Positions 32,080-42,567 of a stretch of 64,000 nt of DNA are shown piece by piece; positions within the stretch are counted from its first letter, which is position 1, and every line of letters begins with the position of its first letter. The DNA is from an uncultured cyanobacterium. Its GTDB lineage: Bacteria > Cyanobacteriota > Cyanobacteriia > Cyanobacteriales > Nostocaceae. The stretch is from positions 2,240,001 to 2,304,000 of the forward strand of contig OY970166.1 of NCBI GenBank assembly GCA_963706595.1, written 5' to 3'. The notes beneath the pieces are model-generated. The model made no database searches. It saw only the letters and a program-made list of their open reading frames with translations, and was not told the origin of the DNA. Position numbers and translations under genes: made by a program.

Positions 32080-33102
32080 ATGAATTTACAGGCGATTTGG
32101 ACGCTATTTCCAGAAACTTTTAAACAATGGAGTGAAGATAAAGCCTCACGGTTAGCCGCAGCATTAGCTTATTACACGATATTTTCTATTGCACCATTGC
32201 TAATTATTGTAATTGCGATCGCAGGCGCAGTATTTGGAGAAGAAGCCGCCAGGGGTGAAATTGTTCGCCAAATTGAGGATTTGGTGGGCAGAGATGGCGC
32301 ACAATTCCTGGAAATAGCCATTAAAAATGCTAGCAGACCACAAGCCAGTGCGATCGCCTCTATTCTGAGTATTGTAATTTTACTCATAGGTGCTACTGGT
32401 GTATTTGCGGAGTTACAAGATTCCCTCAACACCATTTGGGATGTCAAAGCAAGACCTGGACGTGGCATCATGACCATAATTCGCCAACGCTTCTTATCAT
32501 TCACCATGATTTTAGGTATTGGCTTTTTACTTCTCGTTTCTTTAGTCATTAGTGCCGGATTATCAGCACTGACAACTTATTTTAGCCACGTCTTACCAGA
32601 GATTGATTCCATCTGGCAGATGCTCAATTTTCTGCTTTCTTTCGCCATTACTACAGTTATTTTTGCACTAATTTTTAAAGTTTTACCAGATGTCAGAATT
32701 ACTTGGAGTGATGTTTTAATTGGTGCATTGCTTACGTCTTTTTTATTTGTGATTGGTAAGTTTTTGTTAGGACAGTATATCGGTAGAAGCACTTTAGGTT
32801 CAGCTTATGGTGCGGCTGGTTCACTGGTGGTAATCATCGCTTGGGTTTACTATGCTGCCCAAATTCTGTTTTTTGGCGCAGAGTTTACCCAAGTTTATGC
32901 GAGGCGATACGGTACTGACATCACCCCAACTAAAAACGCTATCCCACGCACTGCTAAAACTGCTGTCGAGGGAAGGGTAATAAATAATCATCCGCAAAAT
33001 ACTCAAAGAAAAAAGCAAGCCTCTCGCTTAATTAATCGTGTTCTCCGTTATTTTAGGCATCCCAAGCGCTTAAAACGCCGCCGCAGAAATCGCCGCTATT
33101 GA
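32080..33102 (+). CDS. YihY/virulence factor BrkB family membrane protein
   Basis: LAAALAYYTIFSIAP, LQDSLNTIW, YGAAGSLVVIIAWVYY, FFGAEF. Confidence 0.9.
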   Translation: MNLQAIWTLFPETFKQWSEDKASRLAAALAYYTIFSIAPLLIIVIAIAGAVFGEEAARGEIVRQIEDLVGRDGAQFLEIAIKNASRPQASAIASILSIVILLIGATGVFAELQDSLNTIWDVKARPGRGIMTIIRQRFLSFTMILGIGFLLLVSLVISAGLSALTTYFSHVLPEIDSIWQMLNFLLSFAITTVIFALIFKVLPDVRITWSDVLIGALLTSFLFVIGKFLLGQYIGRSTLGSAYGAAGSLVVIIAWVYYAAQILFFGAEFTQVYARRYGTDITPTKNAIPRTAKTAVEGRVINNHPQNTQRKKQASRLINRVLRYFRHPKRLKRRRRNRRY

Positions 33103-33177
33103 ATTTATTGCCTAACTGATAGTTATGGTTGGGTTAATTAAACTGTAGAATATGACAGTTGTATTCTGCCGCGAACG

Positions 33178-34473
33178 TTGATTGAGCGTTATACTCTGCC
33201 CGAAATGGGCAACCTGTGGACTGAAACTTACAAATTAAAAACCTGGCTTCAGGTGGAAATTGCAGTTTGTGAAGCCCAAGCTGAACTGGGTTATATTCCT
33301 TCTCAGGCAGTTGAAGAAATTAAAGCTAAGGCGAATTTTGACCCGAAGCGTGTGTTGGAAATTGAAGCTGAAGTCCGTCACGATGTCATTGCCTTTTTAA
33401 CCAATGTCAATGAATATGTGGGTGATGCTGGGCGTTATATTCATCTGGGTTTAACTAGCTCGGATGTACTAGATACCGCTTTAGGACTACAATTAGTTGC
33501 TAGTCTGGATCTCATATCCCAACACCTGGAAGAGTTGATTCAGGTAATTCGCCTCAAGGCGCGAGAACATCGTTATACAGTCATGACTGGCCGTTCACAC
33601 GGTATTCACGCTGAACCGATGACTTTTGGATTTAAGTTAGCTGGATGGTTAGCTGAGGTGTTGCGCCATCAAGAAAGGCTGAAAGTTCTCCGGGAAACCA
33701 TCGCTGTGGGGAAAATTTCCGGTGCTGTGGGAACCTATGCCAATATTGAACCACGAGTAGAAGCGATCGCTTGTGAAAAACTTGGACTCAAACCTGATAC
33801 GGCCTCGACTCAAGTAATTTCGCGCGATCGCCATGCCGACTATGTGCAACAATTAGCCTTAGTCGCCGCCTCCATTGAACGCTTTGCTGTAGAAATTCGG
33901 AATCTCCAAAGAACAGACGTTTTGGAAGTTGAAGAATTTTTCGCCAAGGGTCAAAAAGGCTCATCAGCCATGCCCCACAAGCGCAACCCCATCCGTTCGG
34001 AACGCTTAACGGGAATGGCTAGGTTGGTGAGAAGTCATGCCGGTGCAGCCCTGGAAAACGTGGCTTTATGGCATGAACGGGATATTTCTCACAGTTCTGT
34101 AGAACGGGTAATTTTGCCAGATGCTTGCATTTTGACTCACTTTATGCTGGTAGAAATTACCGGATTGGTGAAAAACTTGCTGGTGTACCCGGAAAACATG
34201 GCGCGGAACCTCAACTGCTACGGCGGTGTAGTGTTTAGCCAAAAAGTTCTACTGGCTTTAATAGACAAGGGAATGAACCGAGAAGAAGCTTATGCCATTG
34301 TTCAAGAAAGCGCTCATACTGCTTGGAACAAGCCAGAAGGAGACTTCCACGCGTTAATTACTCAAAACCCGCGTGTAACTGAAAATCTGTCCCCAGCAGA
34401 AATTGAAGCCTGTTTTGACCCACAGCAACATCTGCGTCATTTAGATCCAGTTTACCAACGATTAGGGATTTAG
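33178..34473 (+). CDS. purB: Adenylosuccinate lyase
   Basis: HLGLTSSD, GRSHGIHAEP, GSSAMPHKRNP signature. Confidence 0.97.
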   Translation: MIERYTLPEMGNLWTETYKLKTWLQVEIAVCEAQAELGYIPSQAVEEIKAKANFDPKRVLEIEAEVRHDVIAFLTNVNEYVGDAGRYIHLGLTSSDVLDTALGLQLVASLDLISQHLEELIQVIRLKAREHRYTVMTGRSHGIHAEPMTFGFKLAGWLAEVLRHQERLKVLRETIAVGKISGAVGTYANIEPRVEAIACEKLGLKPDTASTQVISRDRHADYVQQLALVAASIERFAVEIRNLQRTDVLEVEEFFAKGQKGSSAMPHKRNPIRSERLTGMARLVRSHAGAALENVALWHERDISHSSVERVILPDACILTHFMLVEITGLVKNLLVYPENMARNLNCYGGVVFSQKVLLALIDKGMNREEAYAIVQESAHTAWNKPEGDFHALITQNPRVTENLSPAEIEACFDPQQHLRHLDPVYQRLGI

Positions 34474-34572
34474 GCAGGGAGAAGAGGCAGGGGAGCAGGG
34501 AGCAGGGAGCAGGGGAGAAGACGTTGGGCTTGTACCAAAATTTTTCTTCCTCATCTCCCCTTGCGACTAATA

Positions 34573-35040
34573 TTAAAATACCTGAACTCGTGCTAAACCA
34601 TAGGGAATTTCTCGCATAAAGCCTACGTGATTACCAGAGACTTGATAGTGGAAAACTTGACCAGCCGGCATGGGAGGCGTAAATCCTACATCCATCATGG
34701 CTATTTCTAGGGTAGTTGCAGGAGGTATTGGTTGAGCAAAATTGATTCTCACCATGTCCTCTTCTTTAGAAACCACTGCTTCAATAGTTTCACCCGCTTC
34801 ATCGGTGACTCGAATGTTTTCACCAAGATCCATAAAATCTGAGGGACGAATGGTAATGCTAGATAAAGGCTGTTCCCCAGTATACAGGCTGATGTAATGC
34901 CGATCTGGTAAACCACTGGTGCTGCTAATGCGAGGGGCGCTTTGATTATACTGGATTTGTTGCCCTTGAGCTATGGCTGGAAGATTTATTGTGGCGATCG
35001 CTAAACTTAAAGTCGATAAGCAAATCAATTTTTTCATCAT
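34573..35040 (-). CDS. Hypothetical secreted protein (DUF2808-like)
   Basis: Signal peptide; FAQPIPPATT and terminal YGLARV pattern typical of cyanobacterial DUF2808-like proteins. Confidence 0.55.
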   Translation of the reverse strand: MMKKLICLSTLSLAIATINLPAIAQGQQIQYNQSAPRISSTSGLPDRHYISLYTGEQPLSSITIRPSDFMDLGENIRVTDEAGETIEAVVSKEEDMVRINFAQPIPPATTLEIAMMDVGFTPPMPAGQVFHYQVSGNHVGFMREIPYGLARVQVF

Positions 35041-35231
35041 TGAACTCCAATAAATAAAATTAATCGAGATATACAGATATACAGATACACAGATATATAG
35101 ACGCGATGAATCGCGTCTCTACAAGGGGAAATTTTGGTAATTTCTCAATGGAAACAAGTAATCTGAATACCTCTTGAATTTCACGTTACAAAGGTGAAAA
35201 ATAGATTACGTCTCACTAATGGGATATTTAA

Positions 35232-35368
35232 TATGGGACTCCTATTTGATTTCTGTTGGCCTAGCCTGCGCTTTGCACTTACAACTCAAAAAGCTGTTTC
35301 CCATTCCCCACTCCCCACTCCCCACTCCCCACTCCCCACTCCCCACTCCCTACTCCCTACTCCCCAGC
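35232..35368. repeat. MITE-like end plus (CTCCCCA)n tandem repeat
   Basis: GGACTCCTATTTGATTTCTG shared with the repeat near 1910; about 9 heptamer copies. Confidence 0.7.
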
Positions 35369-35436
35369 TATAAATAAAATAGGGGCGCAAAGTCTCGCGT
35401 CCCCACCAATTTAAGAATTGCTATTTTATGATAAAT

Positions 35437-36604
35437 TTACTGCAAAAGCCCAATTAGATGCAGAAAACCATGACCAGTAACTATCTCAATCACTAAAGCA
35501 ATAAAGCCCAGCATCGCAATGCGACCATTCCAGACTTCGGCGCTAGTCGTCATCCCCCATTCCCAGTTTTCTTGGGGGTACATTTTCACCCTTTTTTTCA
35601 TTTGTGCAGCTTGGGAAAGCTTAAAACTGGGGTTGTTTAGGGCATCAATTACTAGGTCTGCCAGTGCTTTAATAAATACGGGATGAGTATTGGGCGCAGC
35701 AGCGCGACGGAAGTTATGAATTCCTGACTCTTCGGCTATTTCTCGATATTCAATATCAATTTCTTGTAAAGTCTCGATGTGTTCTGAGACAAAACTGATA
35801 GGTACAACCACTAAGTCTTTTACGCCTTCTGCGCCCAGTTGTCTGAGTGCATCTTCAGTATAAGGTTGGAGCCATTCTACTGGTCCGACACGACTTTGGT
35901 AGGCTAGGGTGTAAAGATTGGGTCGATTGAGAGTCTGCATAATTAATGCAGTACATTCTTCAATTTCTTGCTCATAGGGGTCTCCGGCTTCTTCAACGTA
36001 GCTTTTAGGAACGCCGTGAGCGCTGAAAAATATATGAGCTTCATCAGGGTTGGGACATTGGTCGAGTTCTTGGGCTATGAGTTGGGCCATAGCTTGCAGA
36101 TAACTTGGTTCTTTGTACCAAGAGGGAATCACAGTATAGTCAATGGGCTGAAGTTCTGGCTTTTCTCGCCAAAGTTTATCTAACAGCCGAAAGCTAGAAC
36201 CACTAGGTACTAATGGAAAACTGTGGGTACAGTGGTAAAATTACCAGGTGTTCGATATTATCAGCAGCAATTTGTGCGATCGCCTCTTCTGTGTAAGGAT
36301 GCCAATAACGCATTCCTACGTAGATATCCACTTCTTGACCCAAATCACCCAAATGTTGTTTCAGGGCTTGTCCTTGTTCCTCAGTGATTCGCCGTAGTGG
36401 AGAACCGCCGCCAATTTGCTTATAATTCGCTTGAGATGTTGTAGTCCGCCGTGTAGCAATAAACCAAGCTAGAGGTTTTTGCAGCCAGCGAAACGGTAGG
36501 CGAATAATTTCTGGGTCGGAAAATAGGTTATACAAAAAAGGCCCGACATCCTCTAGCTTATCGGGGCCACCGAGATTGAGTAATAAAACGCCTACACGAC
36601 TCAT
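35437..36604 (-). pseudogene. hemH: Ferrochelatase with C-terminal CAB domain, split by a +1 frameshift (probably sequencing error)
   Basis: [23 protein letters not shown] then (other frame) SGSSF...[26 protein letters not shown]; extra base at about 36206-36207. Confidence 0.9.
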
Positions 36605-36888
36605 AGCACTTATTTTCCCCCAATCTTTTCAGGTTTTTTACTAATGTTAACAATATATTATCTTTATTAAATATAAAGCTTTATAGTCAGCAAACACGAA
36701 ATGTCAACAATCTTAAGAGATTGGTGTTACCAGTTCGTAGTTGCGCTTTAGCGCTCTCTCGTTCAGCAATGCCTTGACAATGCTGATAATTTAATTAATC
36801 TTTCTCAATTCTAGACTATTTTTGTAGCAATTATCAAGATAGGCAATTTTCAACAATTTATTCACAAAATGTAATATTCTGCCATTTT

Positions 36889-37788
36889 TTATGAGAAATA
36901 AGCTGTCAAATAGGGTTGTAATAGACCAATGATCACTTCTGGGGTTTCGAGATGGGGTAAAATTCCTGTATGTGCGATCGCATAAAAATCGCGAATTGCG
37001 CCTATATTCAGATTGGCTAAACGTCGCCCTAGCTTGATGCTGGTAAATTGTGCCTTCTCGCCCCAAAACATCACCGTAGGAGTTTTCAGTTGCTGAATGT
37101 ACAAACTCAAATCAAAATACAAGTCTCCCCGCAAAAATGCCAAAGCGGAAAACTTAGCATTGGGCTGTTGTGCAGAAATTAAATAAGCATCGACGATTTC
37201 TTGAGAAACCCGTTCGGCTTGAACAAATAGAAAGTTTTGCAGAAAATTTCTCACAGCAATTTCATTTTCAGCGCCTAGAGTGTAAATTAAATTATCCACT
37301 AGCGGCGAGTTAATAATTGGCAATGGTATTCTGCGTCCAGCACCCTGACCAAAGTCATCAAAGCCAGAGGGACAGACTAAAAACAAGCTGTGAAATAAAT
37401 CAGGATAGTTAATAGCCAAACGGATAGCGAAAGCTGCTGTCAAAGAAGAAGCCACTACCGTCACTGGTTGGCGGCAAGTTTGGGTGATAAACTCCTGAAT
37501 AGTATTCAAATAATCCCTAATTTGATAGTCTCGCACTGGATGAGCCGATTCACCCCAACCAATTAAATCTGGTGCTAAAATTCGGTGCGTAGCTGCAAAA
37601 GCTGGGTAAACCTTAGACCATTCAAACGCAGAAGCCCCACCGCCAAAGTTATGCAGAAATAATAGCGGAGGTAAATCTTCCGTCTCAGCATTTAACCAAG
37701 GTGCAGTGGTTTGGGTATAGTAAACCATAGCCCCTAGAGATGTATTAATAACTTTATGCCCAAAGCCGGGAGGTTGAAACTGAAGCAT
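36889..37788 (-). CDS. Alpha/beta fold hydrolase
   Basis: LFLHNFGG, APDLIGWGES, VVASSL, HLETPE. Confidence 0.85.
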   Translation of the reverse strand: MLQFQPPGFGHKVINTSLGAMVYYTQTTAPWLNAETEDLPPLLFLHNFGGGASAFEWSKVYPAFAATHRILAPDLIGWGESAHPVRDYQIRDYLNTIQEFITQTCRQPVTVVASSLTAAFAIRLAINYPDLFHSLFLVCPSGFDDFGQGAGRRIPLPIINSPLVDNLIYTLGAENEIAVRNFLQNFLFVQAERVSQEIVDAYLISAQQPNAKFSALAFLRGDLYFDLSLYIQQLKTPTVMFWGEKAQFTSIKLGRRLANLNIGAIRDFYAIAHTGILPHLETPEVIIGLLQPYLTAYFS

Positions 37789-37791
37789 AAA

Positions 37792-38283
37792 TTATTTGCC
37801 TGTAATATGAACCAGTTTATCGAGTTGTTCACCACTAATCTCATAAGCTGTCCCAAAACCAATCACAAAACGACCAGCGCTAGGAGTTAAGCGAAAAATC
37901 CGAAAGTCTGGTAAACCCCGAAAAACTTCAATCAGTTCGCCAAAACGCTCTTTAAATTGGGCAACAATTTGATTCCAAGTTTCAGTTTCACGTTCTATCA
38001 AAGTGGCTGTACAATCAAAACTCAACCGCCGACGGGCAAAAATTTGCTCACTTTTAGATTCATCCTCAATAAATAAGACACTCACACGAGGATTGACATG
38101 GATATTTTGAGTGTGAATTGCTAAACCACTAACGTAGATATAGATATTTTTAGCATCATCCATCACAAAAGGAGTGTAACCAGTGTTGGGTATACCTGCC
38201 TGACTAACTGTGCTAATGATTACACTTTCAACAGTTTGAGGAAAAGTTTCATACTCAGCTTGAGCTTGTTCAATTTTGCTCAT
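37792..38283 (-). CDS. Pyridoxamine 5'-phosphate oxidase-like / HugZ-type heme utilisation protein
   Basis: YIYVSGLAIHTQN, SVLFIEDE, FARRRL, GRFVIGFG. Confidence 0.8.
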   Translation of the reverse strand: MSKIEQAQAEYETFPQTVESVIISTVSQAGIPNTGYTPFVMDDAKNIYIYVSGLAIHTQNIHVNPRVSVLFIEDESKSEQIFARRRLSFDCTATLIERETETWNQIVAQFKERFGELIEVFRGLPDFRIFRLTPSAGRFVIGFGTAYEISGEQLDKLVHITGK

Positions 38284-38577
38284 AATAGTTTGATTAGGAA
38301 CATTTCTTGAGTATCCTAACGCGATTCAGCTAGAGGATGGAAGGCGTTTTGCAATGGGGTAGAAAGAAATAACGTTCGCGTAGCGCATACCACAGAGGCG
38401 CAGAGTACACAGAGTGAAGAGAGTTTGAGGGTTTTTTTACGTAAGTCCTATAAATCCAGTCCCCCTCCTCGCTTGCGGGGAGGGGCTAGGGGTGGGGTCT
38501 TATGAGAGGGTTTGGGGGTGAGGTTCTGAGGTTCGTTATCATGTATGTAACAGCAAAAAAATTATGAGGACGCGATT

Positions 38578-40062
38578 GTGGCTGACAAAAATCGTTCTCA
38601 ATGGGACTTAGGTAGGTTTATCGATACCTTGACCTATTTCGAGGTATTTCCCTTGCTTAACTGGGTACAGCAGTTAATTCAAGGTCGTCCCAATGATAAT
38701 CAAAATCTACCCAATGGAGGCAGAAATGTGGGTGTAATACTGGTAGCGGGTGCGACGGGTGGCGTAGGTAAACGAGTTGTGCGGCGACTTGTGGAACGAG
38801 GTGAGAAAGTTCGCGCCCTTGTGCGAGATATTGATAAAGCCCGGTCAATTCTTGGCGATGATATTGACTTAGTAGCTGGGGATATTACTAAACCAGAAAC
38901 CTTAAATTCTATGGTCATGGCTAATATCCAAGCTGTAGTTTGTTGCACTTCAGTTCGTGTCCAACCAGTGGAAGGCGACACACCGGATAGGGCTAAATAC
39001 AATCAAGGTGTAAAATTTTATATGCCGGAAATTGTCGGTGATACTCCCGAAAATGTGGAATATCAAGGTGTGAAAAACTTGGTGGAAGCTGCGGCTAAAT
39101 ATCTACCTCCAGCTAATGAAAAACTGATATTTGATTTTACTAATCCCTCGGCGGAATTAAGAAATGTTTGGGGTGCGGTGGATGATGTAGTTATGGGTGG
39201 TGTTAGTGCCAGTAATATGCAATTATTAGAAAATACGGCTGTGTTTGCTGGTAATGTTTCCACAGCTAACTCCGGTGGCTTTGCTTCGGTGAGAACGAAG
39301 AATTTTGAACCTCCTTTTAACTTATCCGGTTACGAAGGTGTAGAACTGCGGGTTAAAGGTGACGGTCAACGTTATAAACTATTTTTACGGACAGATCAGA
39401 AATGGGATGGCGTGGGTTACAGTTATTCTTTTGACACTGTAGATAATACTTGGATAACTGTTCGCGTTCCTTTTAAAGATTTGGTTCCCGTATTTCGCGC
39501 TAAAGTTTTGCAGGATGCGCCGCCGATTTATGCTGGTAAGGTGGCATCATTTCAACTGATGTTGAGTAAGTTTGAATATGATGGGGCTTTAAATCCTAAG
39601 TTTTCAGCCGGTAATTTTGCTTTACAAATAGAATCTATCAAGGCTTATGGTGGGGAGAGTTTTCCGCAGTTTGTCCTTATTAGTTCCGCCGGGGTAACTC
39701 GTCCGGGAAGACCTGGGATTAATTTAGATGAAGAACCCCCAGCAGTAAGATTAAATGACCAGTTGGGAGGAATTTTAACCTGGAAGTTGAAAGGTGAAGA
39801 TAGTTTAAGAGCCAGTGGGATTCCTTATACAATTATTAGACCTTGTGCTTTAACTGAGGAAGCCGGCGGTAAGGAGTTAATTTTTGAGCAAGGTGATAAT
39901 ATTAGGGGCAAAATTAGCCGTGATGATGTAGCTGAACTTTGTGTGCGATCGCTCCAACAATCCAATGCTCATAATATCACCTTAGAAGTGAAATCAGGTG
40001 AAAATAACGCTAATTATATCAATTGGCAGCAGCTATTTTCTAACTTACAGCCAGATGAATAA
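38578..40062 (+). CDS. NAD(P)-binding SDR with inserted CIA30 domain (HCF173-like)
   Basis: VAGATGGVG, WGAVDDVVMGGVS, SGGFASVR, YTIIRP. Confidence 0.85.
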   Translation: MADKNRSQWDLGRFIDTLTYFEVFPLLNWVQQLIQGRPNDNQNLPNGGRNVGVILVAGATGGVGKRVVRRLVERGEKVRALVRDIDKARSILGDDIDLVAGDITKPETLNSMVMANIQAVVCCTSVRVQPVEGDTPDRAKYNQGVKFYMPEIVGDTPENVEYQGVKNLVEAAAKYLPPANEKLIFDFTNPSAELRNVWGAVDDVVMGGVSASNMQLLENTAVFAGNVSTANSGGFASVRTKNFEPPFNLSGYEGVELRVKGDGQRYKLFLRTDQKWDGVGYSYSFDTVDNTWITVRVPFKDLVPVFRAKVLQDAPPIYAGKVASFQLMLSKFEYDGALNPKFSAGNFALQIESIKAYGGESFPQFVLISSAGVTRPGRPGINLDEEPPAVRLNDQLGGILTWKLKGEDSLRASGIPYTIIRPCALTEEAGGKELIFEQGDNIRGKISRDDVAELCVRSLQQSNAHNITLEVKSGENNANYINWQQLFSNLQPDE

Positions 40063-40157
40063 TTCAAACTAGCAAAACGGGGGAAACGGAGACAGGGAAA
40101 ATACTAAAAACAGATAATCGTTTCCCACCTCCCACCTCCACCGCAGGAGTTGATGAA

Positions 40158-40493
40158 ATGTTTCGCAGATTAATTTTAGCTGGAGTTTTAGTAATTATCG
40201 TTTGGTTGGGATTATTGTCCCAGCCAGTCTCATCACAGCAAATAGAATCTAGATTTAATAATTTACAAGCTGATTTCAATCGTGTCGAGTCGCGCTTAAG
40301 GCGAGTAGAGTCCCAGTTGAATCAAATGGGTAAAACTCCATCACCCAGAACATCACTTACCCGACCGCAGTCAACTGATGCTGAACGTGATTTATCGCCG
40401 CAAGAACAAAAGTTTGAGCGCTTGGCTACCTTAGTAGTGGAATTAAAGCAACAAGTTAATCAATTAGAGAAGAGAGTTGCTCAATTAGAATAA
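40158..40493 (+). CDS. Hypothetical protein (signal/TM + coiled coil)
   Basis: 111 aa; FERLATLVVELKQ coiled coil. Confidence 0.7.
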   Translation: MFRRLILAGVLVIIVWLGLLSQPVSSQQIESRFNNLQADFNRVESRLRRVESQLNQMGKTPSPRTSLTRPQSTDAERDLSPQEQKFERLATLVVELKQQVNQLEKRVAQLE

Positions 40494-40532
40494 CTGTGAT
40501 CAGCAATTTTTAAATGATACCACGAGAGCGTC

Positions 40533-40565
40533 AGATCCCCGACTTCTTCAAGAAGTCGGGGATCT
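40533..40565. repeat. Palindromic REP-like repeat / possible terminator
   Basis: AGATCCCCGACTTCTT-C-AAGAAGTCGGGGATCT between convergent genes. Confidence 0.7.
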
Positions 40566-40769
40566 TTGGATTCTTATTTAGGATTGGCATATATGGATAT
40601 TATATTAATTTTTGATCAAAATTAGCGGTAACAAGTTTATTTCTCTATCACCAAAAACTTTCAACGTTCTCGCTGGGAATAAAACTCATTACCGCTATTT
40701 GTACATCCCATTTATGGGTATGGCTTGCTAGTTTTCGCTAATTCGCAGAAAAACTTAAAAAAGCAACTT

Positions 40770-41189
40770 CTAACCTTCGACAGTTAATTTACCAACCATA
40801 CCAGCACCACGGTGAGGTTCGCAATAGAAGGTGTAGTCACCAGCAGGTGCGTCTGAGGGAATTGTGGTTGTTTGTTTTTGACCAGGACTCATCAGCAATT
40901 GCTTGTGAGACAGGCTTTTTGCCAAATCAGCACTCTTTGCGGGGTTTTTCGCCGCATCAAACACAACGTTATGGGGAGGAACTTTGTTGTTCACCCACTC
41001 AATTGTGTCACCTGGTTTAACTGTCAATTTGCTAGGTTCAAATGCTAGCATTCCTTTGTCACTACCCAGTTTGACCTGGAAGGTTTCAGCTGAAGCGCTG
41101 GGTGTGAAAACGACAAAGCTACTAACAACTAAAAGCACTGTCAACACCGATAGAGTCAAACGTCGCCAGCTTGCAGCAAACAATTTCAT
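40770..41189 (-). CDS. petE: Plastocyanin
   Basis: Cu ligands PHNVVF and [10 protein letters not shown]; thylakoid signal peptide. Confidence 0.97.
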   Translation of the reverse strand: MKLFAASWRRLTLSVLTVLLVVSSFVVFTPSASAETFQVKLGSDKGMLAFEPSKLTVKPGDTIEWVNNKVPPHNVVFDAAKNPAKSADLAKSLSHKQLLMSPGQKQTTTIPSDAPAGDYTFYCEPHRGAGMVGKLTVEG

Positions 41190-41254
41190 GGCTTTCTCCT
41201 AACTATACTTTTTATTTTCCCTTTCCCATTTTAAATAAAATCAACGCCAAAATA

Positions 41255-41267
41255 TGACAATCTGTCG
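41255..41267. promoter_or_regulatory. Putative PetR copper-response operator upstream of petE
   Basis: TGAC-AATCT-GTCG (GAC-N5-GTC palindrome) about 65 nt upstream of petE, near a TAAAAT -10 on the minus strand. Confidence 0.55.
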
Positions 41268-41468
41268 TAGATAAAATTTTTTTTTTATAATTTCGGCTAA
41301 ATCATCAGTTTTTCTGGTGCCATGGAAGATAGTTACAAGGCTACATGACATCCCAGAATTTATGGGTCAAACGTCAGCTTTGCAGAGAATACTTTAAAAG
41401 TGAAGTAGGGACAATTCAGGAATTATCCCTACCATAAACCCCACTCCAAAGCTTTTCTTTACAAACCG

Positions 41469-41605
41469 CTACGGTATATACACCAGTCCAAAAACCTTTA
41501 TTTGGGTAGGGTGCGTTATGGACGCTAGTCCTAACGCACCGAAAATCGAGGATGGTGCGTTGCGCTACGCGACAACACTACAAAAGTTGTGTGTACACGG
41601 TAGCT
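41469..41605. repeat. Dispersed palindromic repeat (MITE/REP-like), copy 2
   Basis: Ends GCTACGGTATATACAC / GTGTACACGGTAGC; core shared with 3011-3177. Confidence 0.75.
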
Positions 41606-41674
41606 TCACGACGGTACTAGTTCTTAGCTACTTATTTACACTCAGTACCCAGGAGTGAGTTATCTACCTGGAGT

Positions 41675-42166
41675 TTAGTAATAAATTTTACCGCCACCCC
41701 ACTTATCACCAACGATTTTTGGCTGGAGAAGAATATGACCAGCCACAGCTTCTAAGTCATCGTCGGTGAAAATTCTCATTTCTGTGAAAATATCTGCACT
41801 CTTGATGCTGGGGTGTAACTCAGAAATTTCCACTTCACCGTCATAGGTTGTGGGATTTTTCATGTAGTCCACCAATCCTTCAATATTATTGCGGTTTGGT
41901 GTGGCTAGTGCCAGAGATTCTGGTTCTAGTCCCACGTTTTGGTTAGTCTTGGTAACACCGCCAGCATGACACTGGGCGCAAGCATATTGAAATAAGCGTT
42001 TACCTTCTTTTACTTGTTTAAGGCTGAGTACAACAGTATCACCCTGGTCATTTAATGGCACTGTTCTGATTGCTTCGTCCAGTTCTAATGCTGTCGCGCT
42101 ACCGACAACTAACTGAAATGTCAGCAAAAGGGTAGCAACAACAACGCCAATTAGTCTTCTAAACAT
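41675..42166 (-). CDS. psbV: Photosystem II cytochrome c550
   Basis: CAQCH heme motif, GLVDYMKNPTTYDG, WGGGKIYY. Confidence 0.97.
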   Translation of the reverse strand: MFRRLIGVVVATLLLTFQLVVGSATALELDEAIRTVPLNDQGDTVVLSLKQVKEGKRLFQYACAQCHAGGVTKTNQNVGLEPESLALATPNRNNIEGLVDYMKNPTTYDGEVEISELHPSIKSADIFTEMRIFTDDDLEAVAGHILLQPKIVGDKWGGGKIYY

Positions 42167-42567
42167 GATTCCCCTTAAAATTTTTGACGCTCAACACAGC
42201 TAATAAAGCGATGCCCAATCTCCATGTTGCTGTAGTCTGCTGCTATCTCTGCGCTCAGTAGGTTTGCAAAACCCATAATAGTGATTAACACAACAGATAG
42301 AGATTGAGTCACTGTAATACCAATATCACGTTCAGAGTGCAATTTGTCGCCCAAAATATGGTGATAGTTGAAGTGGGGATCAACGGCTAATACGTCAATA
42401 TAGACTTCATATTATGTAATATAATCAAATGACCAATAGTTCCTTAATGGTACAAGCCCCCAGATTTATCTGTGGAATCAATCAAAAATCCCAAATCTAA
42501 AATCCTCAAGCCGTAGATTTATCTGTAGGGTCAATCTAAAATCTAAAATCTAAAATTGTTTGACAAT

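Noticed and set aside
35437..35580. Hlip-like motif at the end of hemH
   Set aside because: Known CAB domain of cyanobacterial ferrochelatase
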